In this document: one piece after another, positions 18,822-28,999 of the stretch
How the letters are laid out: every line of letters starts with the position of its first letter
Position numbering within the stretch: position 1 is the stretch's first letter
Virus record (IMG/VR): IMGVR_UViG_3300024251_000007
Span: 1-63,915 of that record
Reading direction: 5' to 3' (one strand)
DNA: 63,915 nt
Source: a virus
Lineage: Duplodnaviria > Caudoviricetes
The notes under the pieces: generated by a model
What the model saw: only the letters and a program-made list of their open reading frames with translations
Told to the model about the DNA's origin: nothing
The model's database searches: none
Translations under genes and position numbers: made by a program

Positions 18822-21772
18822 CAGATTTTCGCTTTAGTATCCCGTGAGTAATCGCCCATCGGCTGCTTCGACAGGAACTTTCCAGTAGATCCAAACTGCT
18901 TTACACGCACCTCTAGGTCACGTTCAAAGACACGGAAGCCTACTTCGCCCGTCATGGAATAGCTAACCGCACGGCACTTCATAGCCTGAAGTTGCTGGTA
19001 AATCTTGTCGTACAGGCTAGCCGTTGACGGCAGCGCGTAGGTAAATGGCGACAGAGGGTTGCCAATAGCATTGACTGTCAGCGTAACTGGAGCGCTAGAG
19101 ATCAGCGGCAAGTAGGCGTCTCGGTGGGTCAGCCAACCCTCAAAGTCATGCGTGGTTTCTTGCGTTGTCCAGGTAGTCACAAGCTCCGGCGCAATATTGA
19201 ATATCCATTCGATGCCTTCAATGCGCCAGAAGTTAGGATCGGTCGGGGCGAAGCGCACCAGATGGCTGATGAATGGCGTATTGAACGAATAGGCTACGGT
19301 GCGCTCTCCGTTGTGAAGAACGGTGGATGGCGTGTATAAGTGGGCTGTATTTGTGTCATCCAATACCTGAACTGTACGCGCCACATTCAAGGTATCAGCC
19401 CGTAACTTAAAGCCTTGGATGAACTTCGCGCCAGGGTATCCGCAATCGGTCCAATCCGTGACACGCAGGGCGCTTACTTCAGGTTTGGGTAACCAAGTAG
19501 GCCCCCACTGATAGAGAATCGTCTGACCTGAAGTCGATGAGCCATAGATGTACAGGCCCATGTTGTAGGCGTACTGGCCGCGCCCAGAGTTGATGTCGCC
19601 AATGACGCGGTGTCTGCCCGTCAGGTTCAAGCTGCCTGTAGCTAGAGTGGAGAATGACGTGAAGTTATCGAAGCCAACCTGCGCCGTGATGGTGTTGCAT
19701 CGGGAGTCTAGGTCAATCTCGATGTCGCCCCAATGTTTACGTGGGCGCGGATCGCCGGAGTCAAAGGCGCTGGTGAGCAATACCCAGTTGATAGGATTTC
19801 CAAAGTCCGTATCGATGCCGAAGTTTGTTTCAGCGTAGGCCGCAAGGAACCCTGTAACCGTACCCATCAGCAGCCGCGTAGCTGAAATGTTTGGCGTCAC
19901 GAAGTCCTGCATCGTCTCGAAGTAGATGGTGCTGCATTGCGGGGTGTAGTCGTCGCGGCTCTGCCAGCCCATGAACTTCCCTGTGGATGTGTCGAACTGG
20001 CCTACCAACGTGCGGTAAACGTCTGACTGATCCAAGTAGAGGAAGTATATGAAGCCATCGCCATAAGTCAGCCGGAAGGTATCCGGCTGCTGGAAGTCAG
20101 GCGGAGAGAACCCACCCACTACAGTCAGTCCATCAATCACCGGGAAGCTATTGGACCCTCCATTGATGCCAGCAACTTCATGCGGGAAAATTGGATATAA
20201 GTCCTCATCCGTTAATGATATAGGAGCGCCACCGCTGGTTATGTAAATGCCATCCTTCGCCACAAAAGCGATGCCGAAAGGCGTTACGCACAGGGCGTAT
20301 CGGGCAAACATCCCCTTGGAGTTTGGAACTTCAAGCGCCACGAAGTTGGAAATCTGCCCCAGCGACGGGTAGAGCGCCCACATGCGGTTGGTCGAGAACA
20401 CAAACGAATTGCCGCTATAAAGACAGCCATTCATCAGCGGCTCAGAGGCGTTCGTAATGTCTAGCACGTTAGCGCCAGGGCTGGATTCCGGGTGGTTCCC
20501 CTTCGACCAGTAGATCGCACCAGGACGTTGCGGATCACCTACCCCGAAGTTGAAGATGCCCGTTAATCCGCCGCCGAATGGCCCCCAGATGCAAGGCAGA
20601 TGGGTATTCATCATCTCTGGGTTGGTCATAATCCAGGTAGCGCCAGTCAGCGACGGGGTGTCCTCAAGGATTTCGACCGAAGTAGTGCTATCAGGAGAAC
20701 GATAAAAGGTAAATAGTGTGCCGTTAATTGCAATCTGGTTTCCTAGAGGGTAGAACGGATTATCTGAAGTTGCGCTATAGTCCCGGAGAGTATCCCCGCC
20801 CGTGATGGTTACGGTAGCCCCTTGCCCAACGCCAGCAGAGACTACATCGCAAGTCCCATTCTTACTGGTGTCTAGCGTGTCCCACGGCATATTGTCGTCA
20901 AACTCTGCGATTTCGTTTGAGGCAATGGCTAGATCATTGAACCCGTCATAGAGAACAGCGCCAGCCACATTGGGAAGCGTACCGATATAAGTCCAATTTG
21001 TGATGGAACCGCCATAGCGGTACACATCGATCCACGAAACCTGCGGGTCTGGATGCGCTTGGGGAAGCGTAACATTGATGCTGGATGGTGGTGGTGATGC
21101 GGTAAAAGATGATGGGGAAAGACCATTCGCATCACGCACCGGAGGCCCTAAATTAGAAACACACCCGCTACTTAGCTTGGAATCAGCGCGTGCTCGAAAG
21201 CGGTAGACGTAGGGATTCCCGGTAGTGCCAATGTCAGGGCCATTTGCCAATGCAGCATTAATGGCTATCGTGGGCGCAAAGTTTGGCGGAGCACACCCAA
21301 CTTGGAATACCTGCTGCCCTGAAGATACTTTCTTGAACTTCAAAGTATCCGCCACGAAAGCCCACGGACGCGGGTTGAACTGATTCCCCACTACAACGAA
21401 GGTAAGTGGGTTTCCAGAGTATCCAGTGTCAAGAATCGACAGGAAACTAGGTTCCAACGTCCCTGCCGCTACTACGCCAGTGGCTATCTCCAGGCTTGTG
21501 GAAACACCTTGTAGGCGAGTATGGGGTTGATAAACTCCTGGATTAGATGATGGCGATGGGATTGGATCATTCCAAGAAAAGATAGAGTGCGAGGGAGCTA
21601 CGATTGGGTTATTTGCGCTAGCAGCCTGTATCCCCTGACGCTGCTGAACTCGCCCACCGTACCGCCTGAAATTGAACATCAGCCGCGCAGAGTTTGGCGG
21701 CATCTCATCCACTGGATTGGCGAGATTGAACTTATGCGGGAATTGGAAGGCTGTTCGCTGATAGTCGGCCAT
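18821..21772 (-). CDS. Putative tail nozzle / tail tubular B-like protein
   Basis: 983 aa, beta-propeller-like (IYWSK, GIAFVAKDGIY); position in podoviral tail module. Confidence 0.6.
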   Translation of the reverse strand: MADYQRTAFQFPHKFNLANPVDEMPPNSARLMFNFRRYGGRVQQRQGIQAASANNPIVAPSHSIFSWNDPIPSPSSNPGVYQPHTRLQGVSTSLEIATGVVAAGTLEPSFLSILDTGYSGNPLTFVVVGNQFNPRPWAFVADTLKFKKVSSGQQVFQVGCAPPNFAPTIAINAALANGPDIGTTGNPYVYRFRARADSKLSSGCVSNLGPPVRDANGLSPSSFTASPPPSSINVTLPQAHPDPQVSWIDVYRYGGSITNWTYIGTLPNVAGAVLYDGFNDLAIASNEIAEFDDNMPWDTLDTSKNGTCDVVSAGVGQGATVTITGGDTLRDYSATSDNPFYPLGNQIAINGTLFTFYRSPDSTTSVEILEDTPSLTGATWIMTNPEMMNTHLPCIWGPFGGGLTGIFNFGVGDPQRPGAIYWSKGNHPESSPGANVLDITNASEPLMNGCLYSGNSFVFSTNRMWALYPSLGQISNFVALEVPNSKGMFARYALCVTPFGIAFVAKDGIYITSGGAPISLTDEDLYPIFPHEVAGINGGSNSFPVIDGLTVVGGFSPPDFQQPDTFRLTYGDGFIYFLYLDQSDVYRTLVGQFDTSTGKFMGWQSRDDYTPQCSTIYFETMQDFVTPNISATRLLMGTVTGFLAAYAETNFGIDTDFGNPINWVLLTSAFDSGDPRPRKHWGDIEIDLDSRCNTITAQVGFDNFTSFSTLATGSLNLTGRHRVIGDINSGRGQYAYNMGLYIYGSSTSGQTILYQWGPTWLPKPEVSALRVTDWTDCGYPGAKFIQGFKLRADTLNVARTVQVLDDTNTAHLYTPSTVLHNGERTVAYSFNTPFISHLVRFAPTDPNFWRIEGIEWIFNIAPELVTTWTTQETTHDFEGWLTHRDAYLPLISSAPVTLTVNAIGNPLSPFTYALPSTASLYDKIYQQLQAMKCRAVSYSMTGEVGFRVFERDLEVRVKQFGSTGKFLSKQPMGDYSRDTKAKI

Positions 21773-23190
21773 TAGTTATAGTTTTTCACGAAGTTAGCCC
21801 AACAGTTAGTACCGTCATAGCTGAAGTAAAGCACGTCTACCGCATTCGCTCCCACCGATGGAGTGATTGCGCCCGCACCACCACCCGATACCTTCCATGT
21901 ACATCCAGTGCCTAGCGTCAACCCCTCACCTCCGGTTCCGTCCTGCTTGATCCATAGCGTATAGATTCCGCCGTTAACCAGTCCCGTGAGATTGAGGGTC
22001 CGTGAACCTGAGTGAACCGTAAATGTAAGATCAGCGTTTGCCACAACTACCGTCCCAATAGCCCAAGTCACAGTGGCAGCATCAGTCAGCGTGGAATAAG
22101 AGGTGGTGATGTCTTTTAACAATCCCCCATTAGTCGTATCCCATCCTGCTAAGTGTCCAGCCACAGTAGTAGCTGGGCCTTGAGCCAAGCGCAAAGTAGG
22201 CCCCGTTGAACTGCTTGTAAATGGTTCCGTTGAATTTACCGTAGTACCGTTATCCGTAATGCTTGAGTTGGTATATCCCGTAGTGCCAACCCCCTTTGGC
22301 AAAATGTTTGCCGTGATGCTTGAGAAAGTTGGAACCGCCAAGCAATTCAAGCCGCTGGCCTGTCCAGAATCCCCAATGATGGCCTGATTGTCAGCGCATT
22401 TGGCGAAGCGAATGTTATTCGTACCATTGTGAGTGATGATGTCACCCTTGGTCGTTAGAGGGGATAGATTATTAAAACAACTTGTCTGCGAAGAAGCGTT
22501 GCATCCCCCATTGGCTAGACCCAAAACCCCTATAACCCCCGTGGTTAGTGGTAATGCCGTAGCATTAGCCAAGTTTATAGCCGAAGGGACCCCAAGATCC
22601 GGTGTAATCAGGGCAGGGGAAACATTGTAAACCTGTGCCCCCGTACCAGTAGCGCCCGTGCTGGTGACCCCTTCGAAAGTGGTATGCCCCGTTACCGCCA
22701 ACGTTCCCGGAAGCGACATATTCCCGCTGCTATCTAGCGTGCAAATGGCACATGGGGTTTGTAACGCCTGTGAGCCACCACCCGTAACGATAAGGCCACT
22801 AGTCAATGAACCTGAGGCCACCACCGTAACCGTGCCATTCGTTCCGCCTGATACGGCGTAGTTCATTGAGAAGGGAGCCGCGATTCCAGCGCCCGATAGT
22901 GTCACCGTGTAAGTGTTAGCGTCTGCGAAGAAGGACCATGAACCGTTGGAATTGGCGGTAAACGGGTTGGATAGCGAAGTCCCGGAGTCGTCGGAGAATA
23001 GCGTTGCCGCGCCGCCGTTGTAGATCGTAACGCGAACCGTGCAGGAGGGGTAGGAACGCTGCACCTTGGTTGTGGAGTTCGGGACTCCGGTAGTGGAGAC
23101 TACCTGATTACCTTGTTCGCACCAGCCACTTACGGGCGTCCTCGCCACTGCCGCTGTCGCCAAAAGAAGTAAGAGAATAAACTGCTTCAT
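21772..23190 (-). CDS. Tail spike/fibre-like protein with signal-peptide-like N-terminus
   Basis: MKQFILLLLLATAAVAR; LSNPFTANSNGSWSFFAD attachment-type motif; LTTKGDII and GVLGLANGG fibre motifs. Confidence 0.6.
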   Translation of the reverse strand: MKQFILLLLLATAAVARTPVSGWCEQGNQVVSTTGVPNSTTKVQRSYPSCTVRVTIYNGGAATLFSDDSGTSLSNPFTANSNGSWSFFADANTYTVTLSGAGIAAPFSMNYAVSGGTNGTVTVVASGSLTSGLIVTGGGSQALQTPCAICTLDSSGNMSLPGTLAVTGHTTFEGVTSTGATGTGAQVYNVSPALITPDLGVPSAINLANATALPLTTGVIGVLGLANGGCNASSQTSCFNNLSPLTTKGDIITHNGTNNIRFAKCADNQAIIGDSGQASGLNCLAVPTFSSITANILPKGVGTTGYTNSSITDNGTTVNSTEPFTSSSTGPTLRLAQGPATTVAGHLAGWDTTNGGLLKDITTSYSTLTDAATVTWAIGTVVVANADLTFTVHSGSRTLNLTGLVNGGIYTLWIKQDGTGGEGLTLGTGCTWKVSGGGAGAITPSVGANAVDVLYFSYDGTNCWANFVKNYN

Positions 23191-23197
23191 TGTAACC

Positions 23198-24493
23198 TCA
23201 CGCCGCATGTACAATTTCTTCTTGCCGTGCTGGTACGCCAAACAGATCCTTGAGATACCGCGCCTGATAGCCAAGCAACTGGCTGCGCTGCTGTGCGCCT
23301 TGCTGAAAGTTATCGTAGAGCGCAAAGGTGGTTTGGAACTCCTCCCCACCTAGTTTGAACGACAGCACATGCCGCGCATAATCCAAGATGTACTGCAATT
23401 CCTCATAGCCAACCTGGATGAAATCGCCAACAGCGGCAGGCAGCGGAGCCGAACGCACCAGATCGCAGGAAATCGCCAGTGTCGCATCCTTCGGCACATC
23501 CGATAGCGCAATTATGTCGTACATGGTCCCCGCCATTGACGGCGTTCCTAGCTTCGACTGCCAGAAGGGACGCCCAGAATCGAGAGCCGCCATTGTATCC
23601 ATAGGGATCGGGATGCCATTGACCTGGACGCGGATCACGGAGCGCATCTGGTTCGATAGTTGATCGAAGCCGTCATAGCGTTCAGCACAGTACTTGGCCC
23701 GGAATGGGTCATAACCCTGCCCCTGCGTACCTAGCAGAGAGTAGAGCGCACGCCACTTCACCGCAGGGATGAACTCATTAGGGATCGGGAAAACCGTAGC
23801 CCCGGTAGCAGCGCTGTAATCTGCTGAATCAGAGTAAATGAGATTTAGTGAACCAGAGTTAATAGGTGGAGGATAGAGATTGACCGTGATCGGTGGCGTT
23901 TCCGAATCCGAATATGCAAACGGAAGCCCCTGCTGGATCGTCCATAGCGGGTTATAGGAGTCCTCAGACCAAGCATCCTCCCTCCGCAGCGCCTTGGTCT
24001 GCAACGTAGTTGAATCGGTCCAGGAAGCACGCGCAATCGCTGCCACGGTGCCCGTAATCGCCGTCCGTGCCGTCGCTATCCCTGGGATCGTAGTCATGGC
24101 AAACGCAATCTTGGCGTCAAGCCCAAACTCATTGGCAGCGCGAATCAGGGCATTCAGAATTTGGGTTTTGGTGAACTGCGAAGTCTGGTTTGTGAAAGCA
24201 AATCCGGTAGGTGCTTCGTTCAGGTGATACTGGATTTCGGTTATGAGGTCATCAAAGGTATAGCTACGGGCGCGAAGCAAAGGCAACTGCACCGATAGGT
24301 CATAGAATGCCGTCGATGCCGCGCTAGGGAACTGCCCACGATCCCGCCAGTAGGAAGTAGCGCAGCCCCACGTCAGCAGCGCTTCATTGATGGCGCGGTT
24401 AACCTCATCGGTAGACCAGTTTACGCCGAGAGGGTCATTGAGGGACTGTAAAATGTCGGAGGCGAGTTGGGCTTGCGTAGTCTGAGCGTACAT
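23198..24493 (-). CDS. Putative tail tubular/adaptor protein
   Basis: WSTDEVNRAINEA, LYPPP motifs; internally duplicated adaptor-like architecture. Confidence 0.55.
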   Translation of the reverse strand: MYAQTTQAQLASDILQSLNDPLGVNWSTDEVNRAINEALLTWGCATSYWRDRGQFPSAASTAFYDLSVQLPLLRARSYTFDDLITEIQYHLNEAPTGFAFTNQTSQFTKTQILNALIRAANEFGLDAKIAFAMTTIPGIATARTAITGTVAAIARASWTDSTTLQTKALRREDAWSEDSYNPLWTIQQGLPFAYSDSETPPITVNLYPPPINSGSLNLIYSDSADYSAATGATVFPIPNEFIPAVKWRALYSLLGTQGQGYDPFRAKYCAERYDGFDQLSNQMRSVIRVQVNGIPIPMDTMAALDSGRPFWQSKLGTPSMAGTMYDIIALSDVPKDATLAISCDLVRSAPLPAAVGDFIQVGYEELQYILDYARHVLSFKLGGEEFQTTFALYDNFQQGAQQRSQLLGYQARYLKDLFGVPARQEEIVHAA

Positions 24494-24518
24494 TCAAGCG
24501 TCTCGCCTCCAGGGAGAA

Positions 24519-24716
24519 TTACAGTTTGTTTTTGGTTCCCGGCCCTTGAATCTGGTTCCCGCCCTTTTCGCCGCCAGTGTTCATGGTGCTCTCGTAAGTC
24601 AGGATCGAGGGGGTATTCTTGCGCTGTACGTTGGTCGAACACATAGGGGTCTGGATCTGCCCTACGGTTGTCCCTTCCTCGCCCGGTTCCCGCACGCCGC
24701 CGATGTCTTTTGCCAT
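24519..24716 (-). CDS. Small virion-module protein
   Basis: AAGGAG RBS, 65 aa. Confidence 0.55.
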   Translation of the reverse strand: MAKDIGGVREPGEEGTTVGQIQTPMCSTNVQRKNTPSILTYESTMNTGGEKGGNQIQGPGTKNKL

Positions 24717-24727
24717 GTGATACTCCT

Positions 24728-25012
24728 TTACACCGTATTGTATATTACTGCCGCCTTGTCGTTGGCGGTTCCTAAAATATAGATCGCTGAAAGATCATAG
24801 CTATTCGTGTTGCCTACCGATGGCAACAGCAAAGAGGTATTGGTGGATGGGATAATCCCGCCACGGGTGGTTGAAATCGAAGAATCCCCTATGCGAGCCG
24901 CCCCAGCCAGCGATTGCCCATAGATCAGAACCCAGTTAGCCTTAATCGAAGTGGCTGAAAGTTTGGTCGCCGTTGCGGTAATCGTAACATCTGCTAATGA
25001 AGCTAAAGCCAT
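24728..25012 (-). CDS. Small beta-rich virion protein
   Basis: 94 aa; similar in style to 25022..25336. Confidence 0.55.
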   Translation of the reverse strand: MALASLADVTITATATKLSATSIKANWVLIYGQSLAGAARIGDSSISTTRGGIIPSTNTSLLLPSVGNTNSYDLSAIYILGTANDKAAVIYNTV

Positions 25013-25021
25013 TGGTTCTCC

Positions 25022-25336
25022 TTATGGTCTCGCAAAACTTGCGTCTACGCCATCCCCTGAGTTGTCCGCATCTATCGTGTAATCAAGCGTAGTCAGCCCA
25101 CCGGGGGCATCTGGAACCGTCACTGAGAAGCTGGGGATGGTGTTGGTGGTCGGAACCGCCAAGGTCGCTACCCGCGTTCCCTTGACGTAAATATAGACCC
25201 TGCCCGTATTGGTATGGCTACCGTTGCTGAGGGCTTGCAGCAGGATCGATTGGCAGTTGTTTCTTACGGATGTGTCTATAGGAACAGGAGTTCCTGGACT
25301 TGGGACTGTAACTGTACCTAGGGCGTTTTGCGCCAT
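25022..25336 (-). CDS. Small beta-rich virion protein
   Basis: VTVPSPGTPVP..ILLQAL..NTGRVYI. Confidence 0.55.
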   Translation of the reverse strand: MAQNALGTVTVPSPGTPVPIDTSVRNNCQSILLQALSNGSHTNTGRVYIYVKGTRVATLAVPTTNTIPSFSVTVPDAPGGLTTLDYTIDADNSGDGVDASFARP

Positions 25337-27663
25337 TAACCGAAGCCTCCAACCAGCACATCCGCTTCAGACGTTCCTTGCCTAAAGCCCAAGTTTACTC
25401 TATCTTCCACGGCTACACCACTACCGGGAGTGTATTTGAACAGCGAAACGCTCTCAGTGACCGTGGAGGAGTCGAACACCAGGAAGGTGATGCTGGATAG
25501 GACTAGGTTTACCGACTCGCTGACTGAGGCCGAATCGACTACGCTTACGGTCCCCGGACTGATGATGCTCAGGGATACGTTTTCGGTTGCTGTAGCCGCA
25601 TCGAAAACGCTGATGTTGGTGAGTATCTTGAGGGTTATGCCTTCAGAAACCGTCGAACTATCGCTAACCGATACCCCGCCCGCCGCAGGCTCAACTACCG
25701 TTACGGCATCCGTGACCGTTGAGGAGTCTGAAACACTGATGTTGGTGATGACGGCTTCCGCTATATTCTCCGTCACCGTAGCGCTGTCGAACACGCTTAA
25801 CTGAGTTACGATCCGCTCAGTGATGTTCTCCGTAACCGTGGAGGCATCGTTGACGAATACGAAGTCGATTACGGTCAGGTTGACCGATTCGGTTACGGTA
25901 GAGGAGTCGAACACCGAAACCACAGCAGCAACCGCCAGCGAGACGTTTTCGGTTACGGTAGATGCGTCAAAAACGCTGAGTTGAGTGATCTCAGCCAGAA
26001 CGACTGATTCGGTTACCGTAGAACTGTCAAATACACTCAGTTGCGTAATGACCTTAGCGGTTACGTTTTCAGTTACGGTGGATGAATCGCTAACTGATGG
26101 CAGATCAATCGAGACGATGGATACAGACTCAGTAGCGGTGGAACTATCATTCACCGAAAGGCTGGTTTGAACAGCCTCAACTACCGATTCCGTGACGGTG
26201 CTGGAATCATTGACATTGATCTGCGTGATTACGGCTAAAACTACGGATTCCGTGACCGTCGCTGAGTCATTGACGCTAAACGAAAGCGTGCTGACTGAGA
26301 CGATATTGAGCGTTACAGATTCGGTGATGCTAGAAGAATCCGAAACACTGATGTTTGTTATTACCTGTTCGGATATGTTCTCCGTAACAGTGGAACTATC
26401 GTTAACACTAATCTGCGTGACTATCTGTTCTGCTACGTTCTCGGTTACGGTACTGGAGTCGCTGACGCTAACCTGAGGGGCGACTGCCAACACCACGGAT
26501 TCCGTCACGGTTGAGGAATCGAAAACGCTGATATTGGTTATGACCTTCTCGGAGACGTTTTCTGTCACCGTAGAACTGTCATTTACTGACAGATTGGTTA
26601 TTACAACTTCAGAAACATTCTCAGTAACCGTGGATGAATCATTTACTGATGGCAGATCGACAACTGTAATCGTTGTGGATTCCGTAACCGTAGAAGCGTC
26701 GAATACGCTTCTGGTTGTGACAACGGCAAGCGCAACGCTTTCTGTGACCGTAACCCTTTCATTTATTGGGTATACCGGGATGTCTATTACAGTGGAATCA
26801 TCGCTAACCGAAACGAAGTTTATGACGCGGATCGTAACCGATTCGGTGACGGTTACGGTGGTATCGTTGACCGTTACGCAATCCGCACGAACTATGTTCA
26901 GGTTTTCGATTGTGGCTGCGGTAGCATCGTTAACGGAAGTATTGGTTATAACCGCTAATGAAGTTGATTCCGTAGTAGCAGAGGTTGTGTCATTGACGCT
27001 GACTGTAGTGTTTCCAGCGGCAGGCTCAAGATATACGACCATTGCAGCCGCATAACTGGCCGCAGTCGCCATTGTTGCGCTCATGGCCTGCGTAAGGGCG
27101 GAAGTGTCAATCTCAAATCCCTCTGCAATGTAAGATGTGTTGCCTCCCGTTAGCCCTACTTTTTGTCCTGCTGTAGTGGGGATGCTCCAGGTTGGAGCAG
27201 CATCATTATTAGTACGTGCTACAGATAGAGCCGCAATCCAAGCGATACTTGCCCCGCTGTTCGGCGTTCCTGTGATCGATGTATTGGTTATTGCCGGGTT
27301 AGTTGTTCCACTTCCAACCGCATTGGAACCAGAAGTTATAGCCCCATTGGTAGGGATAAGTTCAACAACCATGAACCCGATAGGATCTCCGCTACTGGCG
27401 TTAAAATTAACAGTCATGGTCTGCGTGCCACCAGTTACGTTATGTGCAGACCAAATTGCTGTGGAGATGCTGGTTCCGTTTGAGTTTATATCTTTAGCGA
27501 AAGTTCCACCTGTCCATGTGATGCTGGTAACTATCGCTGTATTATTTGCTTTTCTATAACACAGGACAATTAGAGATGAACCAGTAGCCGCAGTCACGCT
27601 TAGCGTGGGTGATGTGCCACTTGCTACGGCAGTCGTTCCTCTTGCTGTGCGTGTAATCGACAC
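25336..27663 (-). CDS. Long Ser/Thr/Val-rich repeat protein (putative fibre or scaffold)
   Basis: Start reassigned to GTG 27663 (SITRTAR, matching paralog 29000..29716); roughly two dozen ~22-aa SV(F/N/S)DSSTVTE(S/N)V repeats. Confidence 0.75.
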   Translation of the reverse strand: MSITRTARGTTAVASGTSPTLSVTAATGSSLIVLCYRKANNTAIVTSITWTGGTFAKDINSNGTSISTAIWSAHNVTGGTQTMTVNFNASSGDPIGFMVVELIPTNGAITSGSNAVGSGTTNPAITNTSITGTPNSGASIAWIAALSVARTNNDAAPTWSIPTTAGQKVGLTGGNTSYIAEGFEIDTSALTQAMSATMATAASYAAAMVVYLEPAAGNTTVSVNDTTSATTESTSLAVITNTSVNDATAATIENLNIVRADCVTVNDTTVTVTESVTIRVINFVSVSDDSTVIDIPVYPINERVTVTESVALAVVTTRSVFDASTVTESTTITVVDLPSVNDSSTVTENVSEVVITNLSVNDSSTVTENVSEKVITNISVFDSSTVTESVVLAVAPQVSVSDSSTVTENVAEQIVTQISVNDSSTVTENISEQVITNISVSDSSSITESVTLNIVSVSTLSFSVNDSATVTESVVLAVITQINVNDSSTVTESVVEAVQTSLSVNDSSTATESVSIVSIDLPSVSDSSTVTENVTAKVITQLSVFDSSTVTESVVLAEITQLSVFDASTVTENVSLAVAAVVSVFDSSTVTESVNLTVIDFVFVNDASTVTENITERIVTQLSVFDSATVTENIAEAVITNISVSDSSTVTDAVTVVEPAAGGVSVSDSSTVSEGITLKILTNISVFDAATATENVSLSIISPGTVSVVDSASVSESVNLVLSSITFLVFDSSTVTESVSLFKYTPGSGVAVEDRVNLGFRQGTSEADVLVGGFG

Positions 27664-27670
27664 TAATGCT

Positions 27671-28987
27671 CTACGGGTGTAGCGTAATGGATGCGGTAGC
27701 TGTCTGCATGCCGTTAATTGCGGTGACCGTAATATTTTGCAATGTTCTGATGTTAGCGGGTGCCGTATAAAGACCGCTACTGGAAATGGTTCCAACAATG
27801 GGAGAGATGGACCATGTTACTGGGCTTAAACTGGCTGTGAATTGCTGCTTTTGTTTCTTCTGTAAGGTTACAGAAGTTGGCGTAATGCTCAACGGCGGAG
27901 GCGGCGGAGGGCCGCTATAGTTCACTGCAATCGTCAAAGCCGAGGCCGTCATGCTCTGTACTGTGATCGAGACGTTTGAATATGGGTCGGTCCATGTTTG
28001 GCCAACTGGCAGCATCGGGGCGTACCAGGAGTTTAGCGCAGGCTGAAAATTCAATATGCGCGTGAAAGCGCCATTAGTTGAGTCTTCATAGTGGATGAAT
28101 GCTCCGCCAGAAGGCTGCTGGAAGTAAACAGTACTATCGTAATCTCCTATAGGCTGTCGGTATTCAACCCAAAGCCACGCATTGTTGCCTGTGCCACGTT
28201 GAATCTTGAGTGCTTCAAGTCCCTCTGGGCTTGTTTCATAGGGAGCAAGTGACCACACCCCATTGCCCTGCACTACTTGATAGTTGGTAGATGGGGCGAT
28301 CCATCCAAGTTGTGCTTTATGCGGAGCCGCATATTGCCCCAAGGTTTGAGATCCCATCGAAGTAAAATTGTCATTGAACTCGTCAATGGTTCCAGGAGAG
28401 GCTAGTGGTCCGACAACATCAGGAGTCGCCGTGAGAGTTCCAGAATGTTGTAGCCCCATATTGTGCCCCCCCTCATGTGCTGCCAAATATACACCAATGT
28501 CACCAACACTATAATCGGCTTGAATCTGCGACCATGAAGCATTGATAATGCCTGATGGAGTAGTAAGGCTACCGCATCCAACTTGGGCAAATCCAGCGCT
28601 ACACCCCATATTGGGATAGATTAGGAAAACACGGGTGTAGTTCTGGAAGTTTGCTCCTTGAGCAGCCGCTAAGGACATTGCCTCATGGAGCATTTGGTCA
28701 GCAGTGGAGCATGTATATGCTTGGCTTAGAGTATACGTCCCATACACCGTTCCTGCCGCTGAAGCCTGCCCATAAGATGTCTCGCGCCAGTATCCATCGA
28801 GGGAGTGTCCAGAAGCTCCGAAGAAAGTCTGATCCAGAGCAAGTGGCGTTACTCCAGTAGGCAGCGTGACTCCAGGGAAGGTAACAAGTAAGACTACAAT
28901 ATTCTGAACTCCAACCGAAGTGCAGACGGCAGACAATCCTATAGCCGCCGTGAGAGCCAGCAATGAAACGAAGGTCTTTATACTCAT
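27671..28987 (-). CDS. Secreted metzincin metallopeptidase (M6/M11-like) with C-terminal Ig-like domain
   Basis: Signal peptide; HEGGHNMGLQH zinc motif; Met-turn FTSMG; WVEYRQ; SITPTSVTL..GTISSSGLYTAP. Confidence 0.85.
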   Translation of the reverse strand: MSIKTFVSLLALTAAIGLSAVCTSVGVQNIVVLLVTFPGVTLPTGVTPLALDQTFFGASGHSLDGYWRETSYGQASAAGTVYGTYTLSQAYTCSTADQMLHEAMSLAAAQGANFQNYTRVFLIYPNMGCSAGFAQVGCGSLTTPSGIINASWSQIQADYSVGDIGVYLAAHEGGHNMGLQHSGTLTATPDVVGPLASPGTIDEFNDNFTSMGSQTLGQYAAPHKAQLGWIAPSTNYQVVQGNGVWSLAPYETSPEGLEALKIQRGTGNNAWLWVEYRQPIGDYDSTVYFQQPSGGAFIHYEDSTNGAFTRILNFQPALNSWYAPMLPVGQTWTDPYSNVSITVQSMTASALTIAVNYSGPPPPPPLSITPTSVTLQKKQKQQFTASLSPVTWSISPIVGTISSSGLYTAPANIRTLQNITVTAINGMQTATASITLHP

Positions 28988-28999
28988 AAATCCTTTCTG

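Noticed and set aside
24381-24393. Extra operator-like matches inside genes (24381, 7354)
   Set aside because: Only half-site matches within coding sequence, as expected by chance
25430-27055. CRISPR-like or DGR-like periodic DNA repeats
   Set aside because: Repeats are degenerate at third codon positions and encode protein repeats; no reverse transcriptase or cas genes
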